In this document: in pieces, positions 1-9,747 of the stretch
How positions within the stretch are numbered: the stretch's first letter is position 1
Layout of the letters: the number at the start of each line of letters is the position of its first letter
Source: Spirochaetia bacterium
Lineage (GTDB): Bacteria; Spirochaetota; Spirochaetia; UBA9216
NCBI GenBank assembly: GCA_963677925.2
Contig: CAXXYH010000004.1
Coordinates: forward strand, 160,001-224,000
Reading direction: 5' to 3'
Length of the DNA: 64,000 nt
Program-made: the position numbers and the translations under genes
The notes under the pieces: model-generated
Seen by the model: only the letters and a program-made list of their open reading frames with translations
Told to the model about the DNA's origin: nothing
Databases searched by the model: none

Positions 1-939
1 GGTAAGAGCCATGGTTGCAGTCAAAGCAACTGAACCGGGCATATTAGCCACGCAGTAATGGACTATTCCATCCACCTCAAAAACAGGGTCATCATGAGTA
101 GTAGGATGAGTGGTTTCGGCACATCCTCCCTGGTCAACAGCAACGTCGACAATTACCGCACCCTTTTTCATCAGCTTGAGATCTTCCCGTCTGATAAGCC
201 ATGGAGCCTTTGCGCCCGGACGCAGAACTGCCCCGATCACAACATCGCTTTCACCAAGAACCTTCCTGATATTAGCCCTCGTACTGTAGAGGGTTTTAAG
301 GCCGGAACCGAACACATCATCAAGATAAGCAAGCCTTTCACCACTGATATCGAGCAAAGTTGTATCAGCCCCCATACCGACAGCTATTCGTGCAGCGTTA
401 GCGCCTACAACTCCGCCGCCGAGAATAGCAACTCGACCCCGCTCAACACCTGGAACACCTGAAAGAAGGATCCCTCGTCCACCGAAGGTCTTCTCGAGAT
501 ATTTTGCGCCTTCCTGTACACTTAGACGCCCCGCTATTTCACTCATGGGCGCCAGACAGGGAAGCTTTCTGTTAACCTCTATTGTTTCATAGGCAACCGA
601 ATTTACCCCTGCCTCAAGCAGCACACCTGTAAGATCCCTGCTTGCCGCAAGATGGAGATATGTGAAGAGAATCTGGTCTTTATGGAATAGCGAATACTCC
701 TCAGGAAGGGGCTCCTTAACCTTTACTATCATATCGCTTGAGTCAAAGAGAAGTTTTTTATCCTCAATTATTTCAGCACCGGCATCGATGTATTCTTCAT
801 CCTCGAACCCTGCACCAGAACCGGCATTTTTCTCGATAAGCACCCTGCTTCCTGTTTTTATATATTCAGCAGCATCGGATGGTGTCATACCGACCCTGTA
901 TTCATGTTTTTTTATTTCTTTTGGACAGCCTATTGTCAT
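1..939 (-). CDS. ald: Alanine dehydrogenase (3' end runs off the window start)
   Basis: Minus-strand translation from ATG 939 (GGAGG RBS upstream): MTIGCPKEIKKHEYRVGMTP...LFTYLHLAA...PMSEIAGRLSVQEG...ANMPGSVALTATMALT. Absent from the ORF track because it is open at the window edge. Confidence 0.95.
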   Translation of the reverse strand, partial: MTIGCPKEIKKHEYRVGMTPSDAAEYIKTGSRVLIEKNAGSGAGFEDEEYIDAGAEIIEDKKLLFDSSDMIVKVKEPLPEEYSLFHKDQILFTYLHLAASRDLTGVLLEAGVNSVAYETIEVNRKLPCLAPMSEIAGRLSVQEGAKYLEKTFGGRGILLSGVPGVERGRVAILGGGVVGANAARIAVGMGADTTLLDISGERLAYLDDVFGSGLKTLYSTRANIRKVLGESDVVIGAVLRPGAKAPWLIRREDLKLMKKGAVIVDVAVDQGGCAETTHPTTHDDPVFEVDGIVHYCVANMPGSVALTATMALT

Positions 940-964
940 ACTGCGCCTCCTGAGTCAAATATCG

Positions 965-1008
965 TACGCTTTACGTATTTTGTCAATATTTATTCTACGT
1001 TTTTCGTA
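965..1008. promoter_or_regulatory. Two TACG-N5-CGTA palindromes 31 bp apart; putative Lrp/AsnC operators
   Basis: TACGCTTTACGTA (965-977) and TACGTTTTTCGTA (996-1008), both followed by TTTT, flank a minus-strand TTGACA (981-986) between ald and the regulator. Confidence 0.55.
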
Positions 1009-1059
1009 TTTTAAATTGATCTGCTTGTCAAAAAGTTCAGAACTATCTATACTCCAATT

Positions 1060-1494
1060 ATGGAACCTGATGAACTGGATTGGAAAATAATCGATATTCT
1101 CCGTGAATCAAACGAATCAAACAACACTCTGGCTAAAACCCTCGGAATATCCGAAGGCACAGTAAGACAGCGAATAAAGAAACTGAAGGATGCCGGGATT
1201 CTGAATGTCCGCGGCCTTATAAACCCGGAAATACTTAGCAATCAGCAGCTGGCAGTAATAGCTGTCAATGTGTCCAAGAGCTCACTGCTAGAGAAGAAAG
1301 CCCAGGAAATTGCTGAGCTTGACAACGTGCTCAATGTATCAATGACCTCGGGACGCTACGATCTTTTCGTGGAAGTGCTGGTTGATTCAAACAAGGGACT
1401 GGTACACTTTCTTACGCAGGAACTCTCTACTATAGAAGAGATTTCAAAAACAGAGAGCTTTCTGCTGCTTCGAACCTTTCAGAAGTTTGTATAA
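1060..1494 (+). CDS. Lrp/AsnC family transcriptional regulator (probable regulator of ald)
   Basis: DELDWKII..L...LAKTLGISEGTVRQRIKKL HTH; C-terminal 'SGRYDLFVEV' RAM domain; divergent from ald. Confidence 0.9.
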   Translation: MEPDELDWKIIDILRESNESNNTLAKTLGISEGTVRQRIKKLKDAGILNVRGLINPEILSNQQLAVIAVNVSKSSLLEKKAQEIAELDNVLNVSMTSGRYDLFVEVLVDSNKGLVHFLTQELSTIEEISKTESFLLLRTFQKFV

Positions 1495-1505
1495 GTCCCG
1501 AAGAA

Positions 1506-1534
1506 TTGACAGCAGATGCATTTTCTACTATTAT
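1506..1534 (+). promoter_or_regulatory. sigma70 promoter of tRNA-Arg
   Basis: TTGACA (1506-1511), 17 nt, TATTAT (1529-1534), 10 nt before the tRNA. Confidence 0.75.
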
Positions 1535-1544
1535 ACATTCACTT

Positions 1545-1618
<74 letters not shown>

Positions 1619-1657
1619 AAAAAAGACTGGAGCCTATTTGGTTTCAGTCTTTTTTTA
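1619..1657 (+). terminator. Rho-independent terminator after the tRNA (A-tract and T-tract, possibly bidirectional)
   Basis: AAAAAAGACTGGAGCC-TATTT-GGTTTCAGTCTTTTTTT. Confidence 0.8.
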
Positions 1658-1887
1658 TTTCTGTAAAGTGATTCAGTGGAGTTTTATGGCTGCACACTAT
1701 GACATAAGATATGTTATATAAAATTGCGAGTTACAGGTTGCTACAAAGCTCAATGTAAAACTTCAAAAACAATGGCGCGCAGTGACATTGTTTCCGCGTC
1801 AGGGGACATATTGACTTTGAGAAGAAAATCTGCTGATTATTAGTTGTTTATAAACCATAGGTATTCCATACGAGGAGTTAAGTTTTA

Positions 1888-2403
1888 ATGAAAGGAACTG
1901 AAATACAAATAGCAAAAGTTAAGATTTCTGATTACGAGGAAGTAAATCAGGACGAACAAATCGCTTTAATGGATTTGATTGCTGATAACGAAGTCTTCAA
2001 TGAATATCTCTGTTATACATCGGATGATAAAAATGTAATGTCGCTGAGTGACTATGTCTCAGGTGTGACTCCTGATTATTTAGAACCTGATGAGTCCCCT
2101 GATGTTAACCTGCCCCCTTTAGCTGATGATGAAATGTACATCGGATTCAGTACCCTGGAAGAAGGTGTTCTAATTAACGAGGATACCGAAGATGAGGAAG
2201 AGGTTGATCTTGAGGAATGTTCGCACCTCCTTATAGACAAGTTTAAAATTACAATGGAAAACGGACAGAAGGAAATCGATGAGATTGTTGCGGTTGTTAT
2301 CGATGATGAGATCTACCAGGTTTATTTTGATTCAACCAACACAAAGGAGACCGAATTCTTTACCGTTAAGAAAGGTGGTAAAATTGAAACTCTGAATATA
2401 TAG
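1888..2403 (+). CDS. Hypothetical highly acidic protein
   Basis: 171-aa ORF with GAGGAG RBS; very D/E-rich; no family recognised. Confidence 0.7.
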   Translation: MKGTEIQIAKVKISDYEEVNQDEQIALMDLIADNEVFNEYLCYTSDDKNVMSLSDYVSGVTPDYLEPDESPDVNLPPLADDEMYIGFSTLEEGVLINEDTEDEEEVDLEECSHLLIDKFKITMENGQKEIDEIVAVVIDDEIYQVYFDSTNTKETEFFTVKKGGKIETLNI

Positions 2404-2450
2404 AAGCCGTAATTGCAGCAGTATTCAAAAATGATTTATCAGCTTAATAA

Positions 2451-2479
2451 TTGACTGAACCCGAATATTTTCATAAAAT
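2451..2479 (+). promoter_or_regulatory. sigma70 promoter upstream of the DUF2798 gene
   Basis: TTGACT (2451-2456), 17 nt, TAAAAT (2474-2479). Confidence 0.65.
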
Positions 2480-2506
2480 GCATAATCATTGTGCGTATAA
2501 TTGTTC

Positions 2507-2539
2507 AGCACGGACTTAACAGGTCCGTGCTTTTTTTTT
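2507..2539 (+). terminator. Intrinsic terminator inside the 5' leader of the DUF2798 gene (possible attenuator)
   Basis: AGCACGGAC-TTAACAG-GTCCGTGCT followed by a T-run, ~10 nt before the AAGGAG RBS. Confidence 0.7.
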
Positions 2540-2559
2540 GCGCTAAAAAGGAGTTTGAA

Positions 2560-3051
2560 ATGGATTTTTATACTAAGCTTCCACGAAACAGGAGAGAATT
2601 TTCTGTATTTCTCATTATAATTTCTTTAATTTCAGTTAATCTGATAGCCCCTCTCATTACATCCCTTGAACTCGGTTTCACTGCTCAAAACTGGGTGTAT
2701 GTTCTAAAAAAACTACCGATCCTCTGGCCGTCAGTTATAGCAGTTGTTCTTCTAACATACAAACCCGCAGAGTGGCTTACTTCAAAACTTACTAAACCGG
2801 GGGATAGTTTTAAAGCCATGATCACAATTAATATTCTCTGTTCAGTCTTTTTAATCTCTATACCTTTAACAGTCATCGGCTCCTGGATTGGAACCGGAAC
2901 AATAAGTACTGAACCGCTGCATAACTTTATTTATAAATGGCCGAGAAATATCGCTGTTGCTTTTATGATTGAATCATTGATTGCTCAGCCGGCGGCGAGA
3001 CAGGTTATGCTATTGATTCATAATAAAAATGATGGAACAAATCCTGATTAA
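2560..3051 (+). CDS. DUF2798-like membrane protein
   Basis: Start after AAGGAG: MDFYTKLPRNRRE...; four hydrophobic segments; C-terminal 'WPRNIAVAFMIESLIAQPAAR' typical of DUF2798. Confidence 0.75.
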   Translation: MDFYTKLPRNRREFSVFLIIISLISVNLIAPLITSLELGFTAQNWVYVLKKLPILWPSVIAVVLLTYKPAEWLTSKLTKPGDSFKAMITINILCSVFLISIPLTVIGSWIGTGTISTEPLHNFIYKWPRNIAVAFMIESLIAQPAARQVMLLIHNKNDGTNPD

Positions 3052-3169
3052 ACAGGAATTAAATCAAGATATTCCAAAATCTTAAGAGAGAAAACATACA
3101 GAAAGGTCGTCTTGCTGTCCTCATAGTTAGTTTCCATTGTTTCTGAACATTTCTGAATACGGTATTTTA

Positions 3170-3330
3170 CGGTATTTCTGTGAACATTCAGGATATCGGA
3201 GGTTGTGGAAAAACGTTTTTACCTTCCTACCGAAGCAGGATGGGAATATTCAGCATGATTTGCACAATCTGAAACGGAGTGGTTCCATCAAGAGGCAACT
3301 TTGTAATCGGCTTACACTTTTGCAGAACAA
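3170..3330 (+). pseudogene. Degraded remnant of an FGE-sulfatase (SUMF1-like) domain gene
   Basis: One frame reads ISEVVEKRFYLPTEAGWEYSA*FAQSETEWFH (LPTEA at 3223), matching the RLPTEAEWEYAA signature; broken by stops; 'FCE' lies upstream in another frame. Confidence 0.5.
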
Positions 3331-3817
3331 TAGAATAATTTTGAATTACAGCAGCTTTCCGTAAATGGCAGGCTGCTGTTTATAAAGGGTAGCAAACTAG
3401 AACATTACTGAATTTCATCAAAAAACTTTTTATTTTTTCTATAAAATTCTTCATATAGTTTTTCAGCAAGATCATATACCCATGAAAATGAAAACAGACT
3501 GTTTTTTTTCTTATCTAATCCATCAGTCATTATTTACTCCTTTAGCATATAAGCATATCGATAAAATATTACTTAAAAAGAAGAAAGTCAATAGATATAG
3601 TAACCACTTCCTGCATCATCTTTTTTGAAGAGCATCTCTCATTCAGAACCATCGCCCTACTCATAATTTTAATTTTGTAAACGAAAGGTAAACATAATGT
3701 AAATTACAAACAATCTCATAGAAAACAAATTTTTGATGTGTTAAATAATTTTATAGTTAAATTATTGTTAGTTTTTGGTTAACAGCAAAAATCCGAACAA
3801 TACATCATGAGGTTATA

Positions 3818-5074
3818 ATGCATCATAAAATATTTTTAAGCTTATCAGTTTTTTTAATCTTACTCCTTACAATTTCCTGTACAAACAGTATTACCGTCAG
3901 TGAAACATCAATTGATTTAAGCGACTATGACGGAAGCAGTATTAAAATAGAAGAGGCCGGTGAATACACACTGACAGGAACCATGACAGACGGACAGGTT
4001 ATTGTTGACGCAGGTGACGATGAAGTAACGCTGATACTTTACGAAGTTTCAATTACCAGCAGCGATGATGCACCCATATATGTATCAGACGGAACAGTTA
4101 CAATTTACCTTGCTGACGGCTCAGAGAATGAACTGATAGATACGGAAAATAACAGTTCAAATGCCGTTCTGTACAGCAAGGATGATTTGATCATAACAGG
4201 GAATGGCAGTCTGTATGTGGAAGCCAACGGCAATGACGGAATTACAAGCAGTAACGGCCTAACCATTGAAAGCGGCAGCATCGAAATTGAAGCCGCGGAT
4301 GACGGCATACAGGGTGAAGATTTCATTATCATAGAAGACGGCACAATCAACATCTCTGCCGGAACCTCCAGCGGAACAGGCTTGAAGGCTGACGATGAAG
4401 ACAGCAACTACATAACTATAAACGGCGGAGATATTACCATAAGCCAGTCATATGAAGGCATTGAAAGCATGGCAATAACGATAAATGCCGGCAGCATTGA
4501 TATAACCTCCTCGGATGACGGGATCAACGTTGCAGGAGGCTCTGACGATTCAGGATTTTTTACATCTTCAAGCACCTCAAGTGATTATTATCTGAAGATC
4601 ACCGGAGGCGTCACTTATATTGATTCGGACGGCGACGGTCTTGATTCAAACGGTTCAATTAGTATGACCGGAGGTACAGTCATAGTAAACGGCCCCACCA
4701 GCAGCGGTGATGGAGCCATTGATTATGACGGAAGCTTTTCGATGAACGGCGGAACACTGGCCGCGGCTGGATCTGATGGAATGGCGGAAGCGCCAAGCTC
4801 TTCTTCAAACGGATGTCTTGATATAACATTCTCAAGTACCTTATCTGCCGGCAAACTGATCACAATATTCAATTCAAGTGATGAACTTGTAATGGCCTAT
4901 GCACCGACCAAGGCCTTCAATTCTTTAATATTTACTTCGGACGGGATTGTTTCCGGAAGCACATATTATATTTATACAGGCGGAAGTGTGAGCGGTACTG
5001 AAAATAACGGATGGTATTCCGATGCAGAAGTGAGCAGCTCCGGAACCTATTACTCTGCACTGAAAGCAGACTGA
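3818..5074 (+). CDS. Cthe_2159-family (DUF4353) beta-helix carbohydrate-binding lipoprotein
   Basis: Lipobox LTISC; GEYTLTGT..DGQVIV, SKDDLIITGNGSL, DDGINVAGG, GDGLDSNG, VNGPTSSGDGAIDYDG motifs. Confidence 0.85.
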   Translation: MHHKIFLSLSVFLILLLTISCTNSITVSETSIDLSDYDGSSIKIEEAGEYTLTGTMTDGQVIVDAGDDEVTLILYEVSITSSDDAPIYVSDGTVTIYLADGSENELIDTENNSSNAVLYSKDDLIITGNGSLYVEANGNDGITSSNGLTIESGSIEIEAADDGIQGEDFIIIEDGTINISAGTSSGTGLKADDEDSNYITINGGDITISQSYEGIESMAITINAGSIDITSSDDGINVAGGSDDSGFFTSSSTSSDYYLKITGGVTYIDSDGDGLDSNGSISMTGGTVIVNGPTSSGDGAIDYDGSFSMNGGTLAAAGSDGMAEAPSSSSNGCLDITFSSTLSAGKLITIFNSSDELVMAYAPTKAFNSLIFTSDGIVSGSTYYIYTGGSVSGTENNGWYSDAEVSSSGTYYSALKAD

Positions 5075-5085
5075 GCCTGTACACC

Positions 5086-5874
5086 ATGAGTTTAATCGTG
5101 AACCAAAAATCAGCCCTTTATGCTGAACTTGAGAAATTCAGCTCTGTATCTCTTGAAGACTTATCCACAGTATCATTATTAAACAGGGTTGATACAAAAT
5201 ACATAGGACATATCAGTCAACTGAATGATATCCTTTCTGCAATACAGTCTGATTATCAGGTCCTCGAACATATGGACACCCGAAGTCATGAGTATTGTAC
5301 AACATACATGGATACTGAAGATCTGAAACTCTATACACAGCACCATCAGGGAAGATCAAACAGATATAAGATTAGAACCCGGATTTACATTGACTCAGAT
5401 CAAATATTCAATGAGATAAAATTCAAGGACAATAAAAGGAAAACATACAAAAAAAGAATTCAGAGAGATAACATTATAGATGGCGTCGACTCCGAGTTCC
5501 TGAACTTTATTGAAGAAAACACCACCCTGAACGGAATCAGCGCCGAGCTTAAACCAGCATTAACTGTCGGGTATAAGCGGGCTACTTTTGCAGACAAACA
5601 GTTTTCAGAAAGAATAACCCTGGATTATGATCTTCGTTTCAATAATGAATGCAGGAATAATCTTCTTAGTGACATTTTTATAATTGAAATAAAAAAACCC
5701 AGGCAGCACAGCCTGTCCGGTATAGAAAGTATACTCCGGCAAAAAAAGTTTTACCCTGAGCGGATAAGTAAATACTGCATAGGAATTATATGTACCAGGG
5801 AAAATATAAAACAGAACAGATTCAAACCACTTTTAAGACACATAAACATGATTAATTATCAAGGAGCATTTTAA
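5086..5874 (+). CDS. VTC domain (polyphosphate polymerase-like, CYTH superfamily) protein
   Basis: LLNRVDTKY, YMDT..L.LY..H..G...RYKIRTR.Y, EIKFK, ERITLD, IIEIK, ISKYCIG motifs; start moved to ATG 5086. Confidence 0.88.
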   Translation: MSLIVNQKSALYAELEKFSSVSLEDLSTVSLLNRVDTKYIGHISQLNDILSAIQSDYQVLEHMDTRSHEYCTTYMDTEDLKLYTQHHQGRSNRYKIRTRIYIDSDQIFNEIKFKDNKRKTYKKRIQRDNIIDGVDSEFLNFIEENTTLNGISAELKPALTVGYKRATFADKQFSERITLDYDLRFNNECRNNLLSDIFIIEIKKPRQHSLSGIESILRQKKFYPERISKYCIGIICTRENIKQNRFKPLLRHINMINYQGAF

Positions 5875-6494
5875 TGGATCAGCTATTAAATATATTCAGC
5901 TTTGCATCAATAAATAATGATTTTTTTATTACCCTGGTTGTAAGGCTGCTGTTAAATATAATTTTTCTTTATCTTGTAATTGAAAAGATTTACTGTAGGT
6001 ATAATCAGAGACATAAATTTCATCTATCCTTTTACCTTGTAAATCTATTAATTTTCTTTATATCGGCCCTTCTTGCAAGTGCTACTATAGAAGCTGGATT
6101 TGCATTCGGCCTTTTTGCAGTCTTCTCAATAATACGGTACAGAACAGATACAATAAGCATAAAGGACATGACGTACTTATTTATGTCTATTATTACTGCG
6201 GTAATAAATTCTCTTGTGACGGCACATATTTCCATATATATAATAATATTTTCAAACCTTTTTATTCTCTGTTCAATCTACATTCTGGAAAAACGTTTAT
6301 TTTCAGCCTCTGAAGATTTTATTACAATAGAAATCGAAGACATCGGGCTTGTTCATAAAGATAAAACTGAGATGCTGATAGAAGTATTGAGTTCAAGAAC
6401 AGGTCTCCCGATAGTTTCCACCGAGATTTTAAACATTAACTATCTTAGAGACTGCTTCAGTGTTAAGGCTTTCTATAACAACAAGGAGCTGTAA
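5874..6494 (+). CDS. DUF4956 membrane protein
   Basis: GFAFGLFAVFSIIRYRTDTISIKDMTYLF signature; translationally coupled to the VTC gene. Confidence 0.88.
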   Translation: MDQLLNIFSFASINNDFFITLVVRLLLNIIFLYLVIEKIYCRYNQRHKFHLSFYLVNLLIFFISALLASATIEAGFAFGLFAVFSIIRYRTDTISIKDMTYLFMSIITAVINSLVTAHISIYIIIFSNLFILCSIYILEKRLFSASEDFITIEIEDIGLVHKDKTEMLIEVLSSRTGLPIVSTEILNINYLRDCFSVKAFYNNKEL

Positions 6495-7450
6495 TGAAGA
6501 CCTTACGCATTATTTTACTTTTCTTCACGGTTTCAATATCTGCCTTTGCTGATGACTATAAGATGGATGTTGATGCAGATTTAAAAATAGATTCAGGAAA
6601 TCTCTTTTATATATCCAGAGACAATCCTGCAGGAGAGGCAAGCTTAAGCGGAAACCTTAAGTTTACATTTGAATATAAAGAGTTTCTGGAAGCCGGCATC
6701 GAAATAAAGAATCTCGATGAACTTGATCTGTATGCATCCTGTGAGCTTAACAGCTACATCAGTTTCAGCATCTCAAATATAGAACCCGAGATTTTTCTGG
6801 ATGACATACTATCTTATAATGAAAGAAGTTTTTCAGATTCTATCACCTACCAGTCCTATAAGGATAATTATAAAGAGCAGATGGAAACTGTAAATTTTCA
6901 AATATTTAAAGAAGATATTAAATTTCCGGCGCTATCGTATTTTATTCAGGCGAATTTAAACGAGAATGACCTGATACCAAATCTTACGACAGGCATATCA
7001 TATAATTTCAGCAGCAATTTAAACTTTATCGGACTTGCCTATACATCAATTTTCTCGATTGACGATCTTGATGATTATGACGGCCTCGTAAATTTATACT
7101 ATATTAACCATGACAACAATTTATGTTTAGGCACAGAAATAGTCAGCGGAATTATGTTTAGTTCAGATAATAACGAAACTAAATACTGGACATCATTTAA
7201 TTCAGAGGCTTCTTACAAAATTCAGTTAAACGAAGATTTTATTTTATCACCTGCATTAAGGGCATCATATCATCTTGATGATATTAGCGACGCAGAAGAT
7301 TATCAGCTTGAATCTCTCATTGGTGTACATCTGTCTTACGCAGATCTTCTGCAGTTAAAACTTTATGGCGGCTCTCAATACAATAATACAGCAGTGAATA
7401 AATATACTCCGTCGGTTAATTTTGAAATGAAACTTTCACTTGAAAAATAG
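6494..7450 (+). CDS. Exported protein, probable outer-membrane beta-barrel
   Basis: Sec signal (..SAFA-DD); alternating amphipathic strands; TAATG coupling to DUF4956. Confidence 0.55.
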   Translation: MKTLRIILLFFTVSISAFADDYKMDVDADLKIDSGNLFYISRDNPAGEASLSGNLKFTFEYKEFLEAGIEIKNLDELDLYASCELNSYISFSISNIEPEIFLDDILSYNERSFSDSITYQSYKDNYKEQMETVNFQIFKEDIKFPALSYFIQANLNENDLIPNLTTGISYNFSSNLNFIGLAYTSIFSIDDLDDYDGLVNLYYINHDNNLCLGTEIVSGIMFSSDNNETKYWTSFNSEASYKIQLNEDFILSPALRASYHLDDISDAEDYQLESLIGVHLSYADLLQLKLYGGSQYNNTAVNKYTPSVNFEMKLSLEK

Positions 7451-7476
7451 CAGTACATAGTACCGTATCCATTTTT

Positions 7477-7737
7477 TTACTGACCTATAGCCTTGCCTTT
7501 TTGCCACCAGTTGTCCTGTTTCTTCGCGGTCGCAAGATCTCTGTAAAGATCTTCGACCTTTTTTCTTGCCCAGGGAGTCTTTCTCAAGAATTTTAAACTT
7601 GATTTAACCGAAGGGTCAAAGTTGAAACAGTTTATCGTAATGTGAGCTCCCAGCTTTTCCCAGCCGAAATAGGAGACCAGTCTGTTAAGCATTATTTCGA
7701 GCGTAATCCCGTGCATCGGGTCGTTTGCTTCTTCCAC
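7477..7737 (-). CDS. VF530 (DUF2132) family putative DNA-binding protein
   Basis: [47 protein letters not shown]. Confidence 0.92.
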   Translation of the reverse strand: MEEANDPMHGITLEIMLNRLVSYFGWEKLGAHITINCFNFDPSVKSSLKFLRKTPWARKKVEDLYRDLATAKKQDNWWQKGKAIGQ

Positions 7738-7778
7738 AGTAAATAGTAACTTTTTTTTGGATATAAAGACAATACAAA

Positions 7779-8771
7779 CTACTGAAGAATTATATCTATA
7801 AACTGCTCCAGACTTAGCCCCTTGAAGTATCGATCTATATCAACTCCGCTCAAAGCCTTCTCCAGCGACTCTTTATTGTTTTTGACACCGGCAATCTTAT
7901 TAACAAGATCTGAGCTGTCATCAAGACTGAAGTAATCGCCCCTGCTGGTAAAATCTTTTATGACACCCTTTTCTACTTCCATAAAAAGCTGTATCTTTCC
8001 GCAGCCCTCAATCCGCCGCTCCTTGCGTATACTGTATGTGGGAGAACGCCCATAATTCCAGTCCCAGGCATCATACTTTTTCCGGAGCTCTTTTACCGAT
8101 TCCTTATCAGCTTCGGTCAGCTCATAGGTTTCCATATTATTTTCTTTAATCATGAACTGTCTGAGAATATTCTGGAAATCGCCTGTAGTCATTTCAGTTT
8201 TCAGATGTTCCTTTATATTTGTCACCCGGCTCCGGACAGATTTAATACCCTTTGACTCAACCTTGTCGGCAGAAACATTCAGGGCCTTTGTAAGAACCTC
8301 AAGATTTGAGTCAAACATCAGTGTACCATGATGCATTACCCGCTTTTTGCGCAGGTACTGGGCATTGCCGGAAAACTTTCTCCCGTCAATCACAATATCA
8401 TTTCTGCCGCTTATCTCAGCATTTACACCGATTGAGTTAAGGGCTTTGACTACAGGAATACAGAACGAAGCCAGATCTATTCCGCCCTGCGCTTTGGCAT
8501 CGGTGACGAATGTATAGTTAAGGTTGCCCAGATCATGATATACAGCTCCGCCGCCGGAGAGCCTCCGGGCAACATTGATTTTATGCTCCTCAACGAAGGG
8601 AAGATTGATTTCTTCTATTGTATTCTGATGCTTGCCGATAATTATGGAATTATCGTTCTGCCAGAGCATGAAATATTCGTTATCTTTGGGAAGCTCGTTG
8701 AATACATATTCTTCCAAAGCGAGATTGTAATACGGATCAGTCTGATCACTTTCAAGGTATAACATTGCCAT
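7779..8771 (-). CDS. lplA: Lipoate-protein ligase A
   Basis: [61 protein letters not shown] motifs. Confidence 0.95.
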   Translation of the reverse strand: MAMLYLESDQTDPYYNLALEEYVFNELPKDNEYFMLWQNDNSIIIGKHQNTIEEINLPFVEEHKINVARRLSGGGAVYHDLGNLNYTFVTDAKAQGGIDLASFCIPVVKALNSIGVNAEISGRNDIVIDGRKFSGNAQYLRKKRVMHHGTLMFDSNLEVLTKALNVSADKVESKGIKSVRSRVTNIKEHLKTEMTTGDFQNILRQFMIKENNMETYELTEADKESVKELRKKYDAWDWNYGRSPTYSIRKERRIEGCGKIQLFMEVEKGVIKDFTSRGDYFSLDDSSDLVNKIAGVKNNKESLEKALSGVDIDRYFKGLSLEQFIDIILQ

Positions 8772-9747
8772 GGCTTATATTAGCACATGAATCCGGATTA
8801 TTCACCGGAAACTTTGGGCTTCTGCTGTGTAAAACATTCCAAATGTCCTGAGCGGCAAACAGTTCCATTCGATCTATTGATTCCACTGTCGATGGCGCAC
8901 AGTGCGGAGAAATAATTACATCTTTTCTTTTTAAAATCGGATTTGCGGGGTTCGTCGGCTCCTGCTCAAAAACATCCAGCCCTGCACCTGCAATCATCTT
9001 CTCATCCAGAGCATGAAGCAGAGCCGCCTCATCCACCAGCCCGCCGCGTGCGGCATTTATAAAAAAAGCCCCGGGCTTCATCCTTCGGAACTGCTCAAGA
9101 CCAATTGAATGATAAGTGGAATCAGTTAAAGGCTGATGTATACTAACAAAATCGGATCTTTCTAAGATGTCATTTAAATTATCAAGAAGACAGACCCCTT
9201 CCGGAATAAGTTCAGGCTTGATGTAGGGATCATATGCTAAGACCTGCATATCAAAACCATTTTTAGCTTTTTGAGCAACGAGGGTTCCAATATGACCGCA
9301 TCCAATTATACCGAGAACTTTATCCCGGAGTTCAATATTTCTTTTTACTTTTCTAATTTCAAAATTACCGGCAGCTGCCGCCTCCGCCATAATATTAGCG
9401 TTCTTTGCACATGCAAGCATGAGATACATTGTATGCTCGGCCACGGCATTTGAGTTTGCCGTACCGGAATTTGTAACGTAAATACCCTTTTCAGCAGCAT
9501 AATCAATATCAATATTTTCATAACCTGCACTGAAATTGCTTATAACTTTTAACCTGTAGGCTTTATCAAGAAGCTCACTTCCGAAAAAAGGGCCCTTTAT
9601 ACCTCCGGATAAAACAGCATCGAAGTCCATAATCTTAGTTCTGATTTTATCCTCTGAAGATTCAATTACAACCTCGCATCCTTTATCTTTTAGAAACTCA
9701 ACTCCCGAACCGGATACAACCGTAGTTATAAGAATATTATAACCCAT
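8752..9747 (-). CDS. D-isomer-specific 2-hydroxyacid dehydrogenase (SerA-like)
   Basis: GIIGCGHIG Rossmann motif, NAARG.LVDE, LDVFEQEP, SPHCA; start taken at MGYNILIT. Confidence 0.9.
   Translation of the reverse strand: MGYNILITTVVSGSGVEFLKDKGCEVVIESSEDKIRTKIMDFDAVLSGGIKGPFFGSELLDKAYRLKVISNFSAGYENIDIDYAAEKGIYVTNSGTANSNAVAEHTMYLMLACAKNANIMAEAAAAGNFEIRKVKRNIELRDKVLGIIGCGHIGTLVAQKAKNGFDMQVLAYDPYIKPELIPEGVCLLDNLNDILERSDFVSIHQPLTDSTYHSIGLEQFRRMKPGAFFINAARGGLVDEAALLHALDEKMIAGAGLDVFEQEPTNPANPILKRKDVIISPHCAPSTVESIDRMELFAAQDIWNVLHSRSPKFPVNNPDSCANISHGNVIP

Noticed and set aside
58-1090. Plus-strand ORFs 58-462 and 662-1090
   Set aside because: Antisense shadows of the alanine dehydrogenase gene on the minus strand.
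1745-1810. Inverted repeat AAACAATG...CATTGTTT resembling part of an integron attC site
   Set aside because: No proper RYYYAAC/GTTRRRY pair, single copy, no integron integrase.
3137-3364. 75-aa ORF in the ORF track
   Set aside because: No RBS or recognisable protein; the meaningful motif lies in another, interrupted frame.
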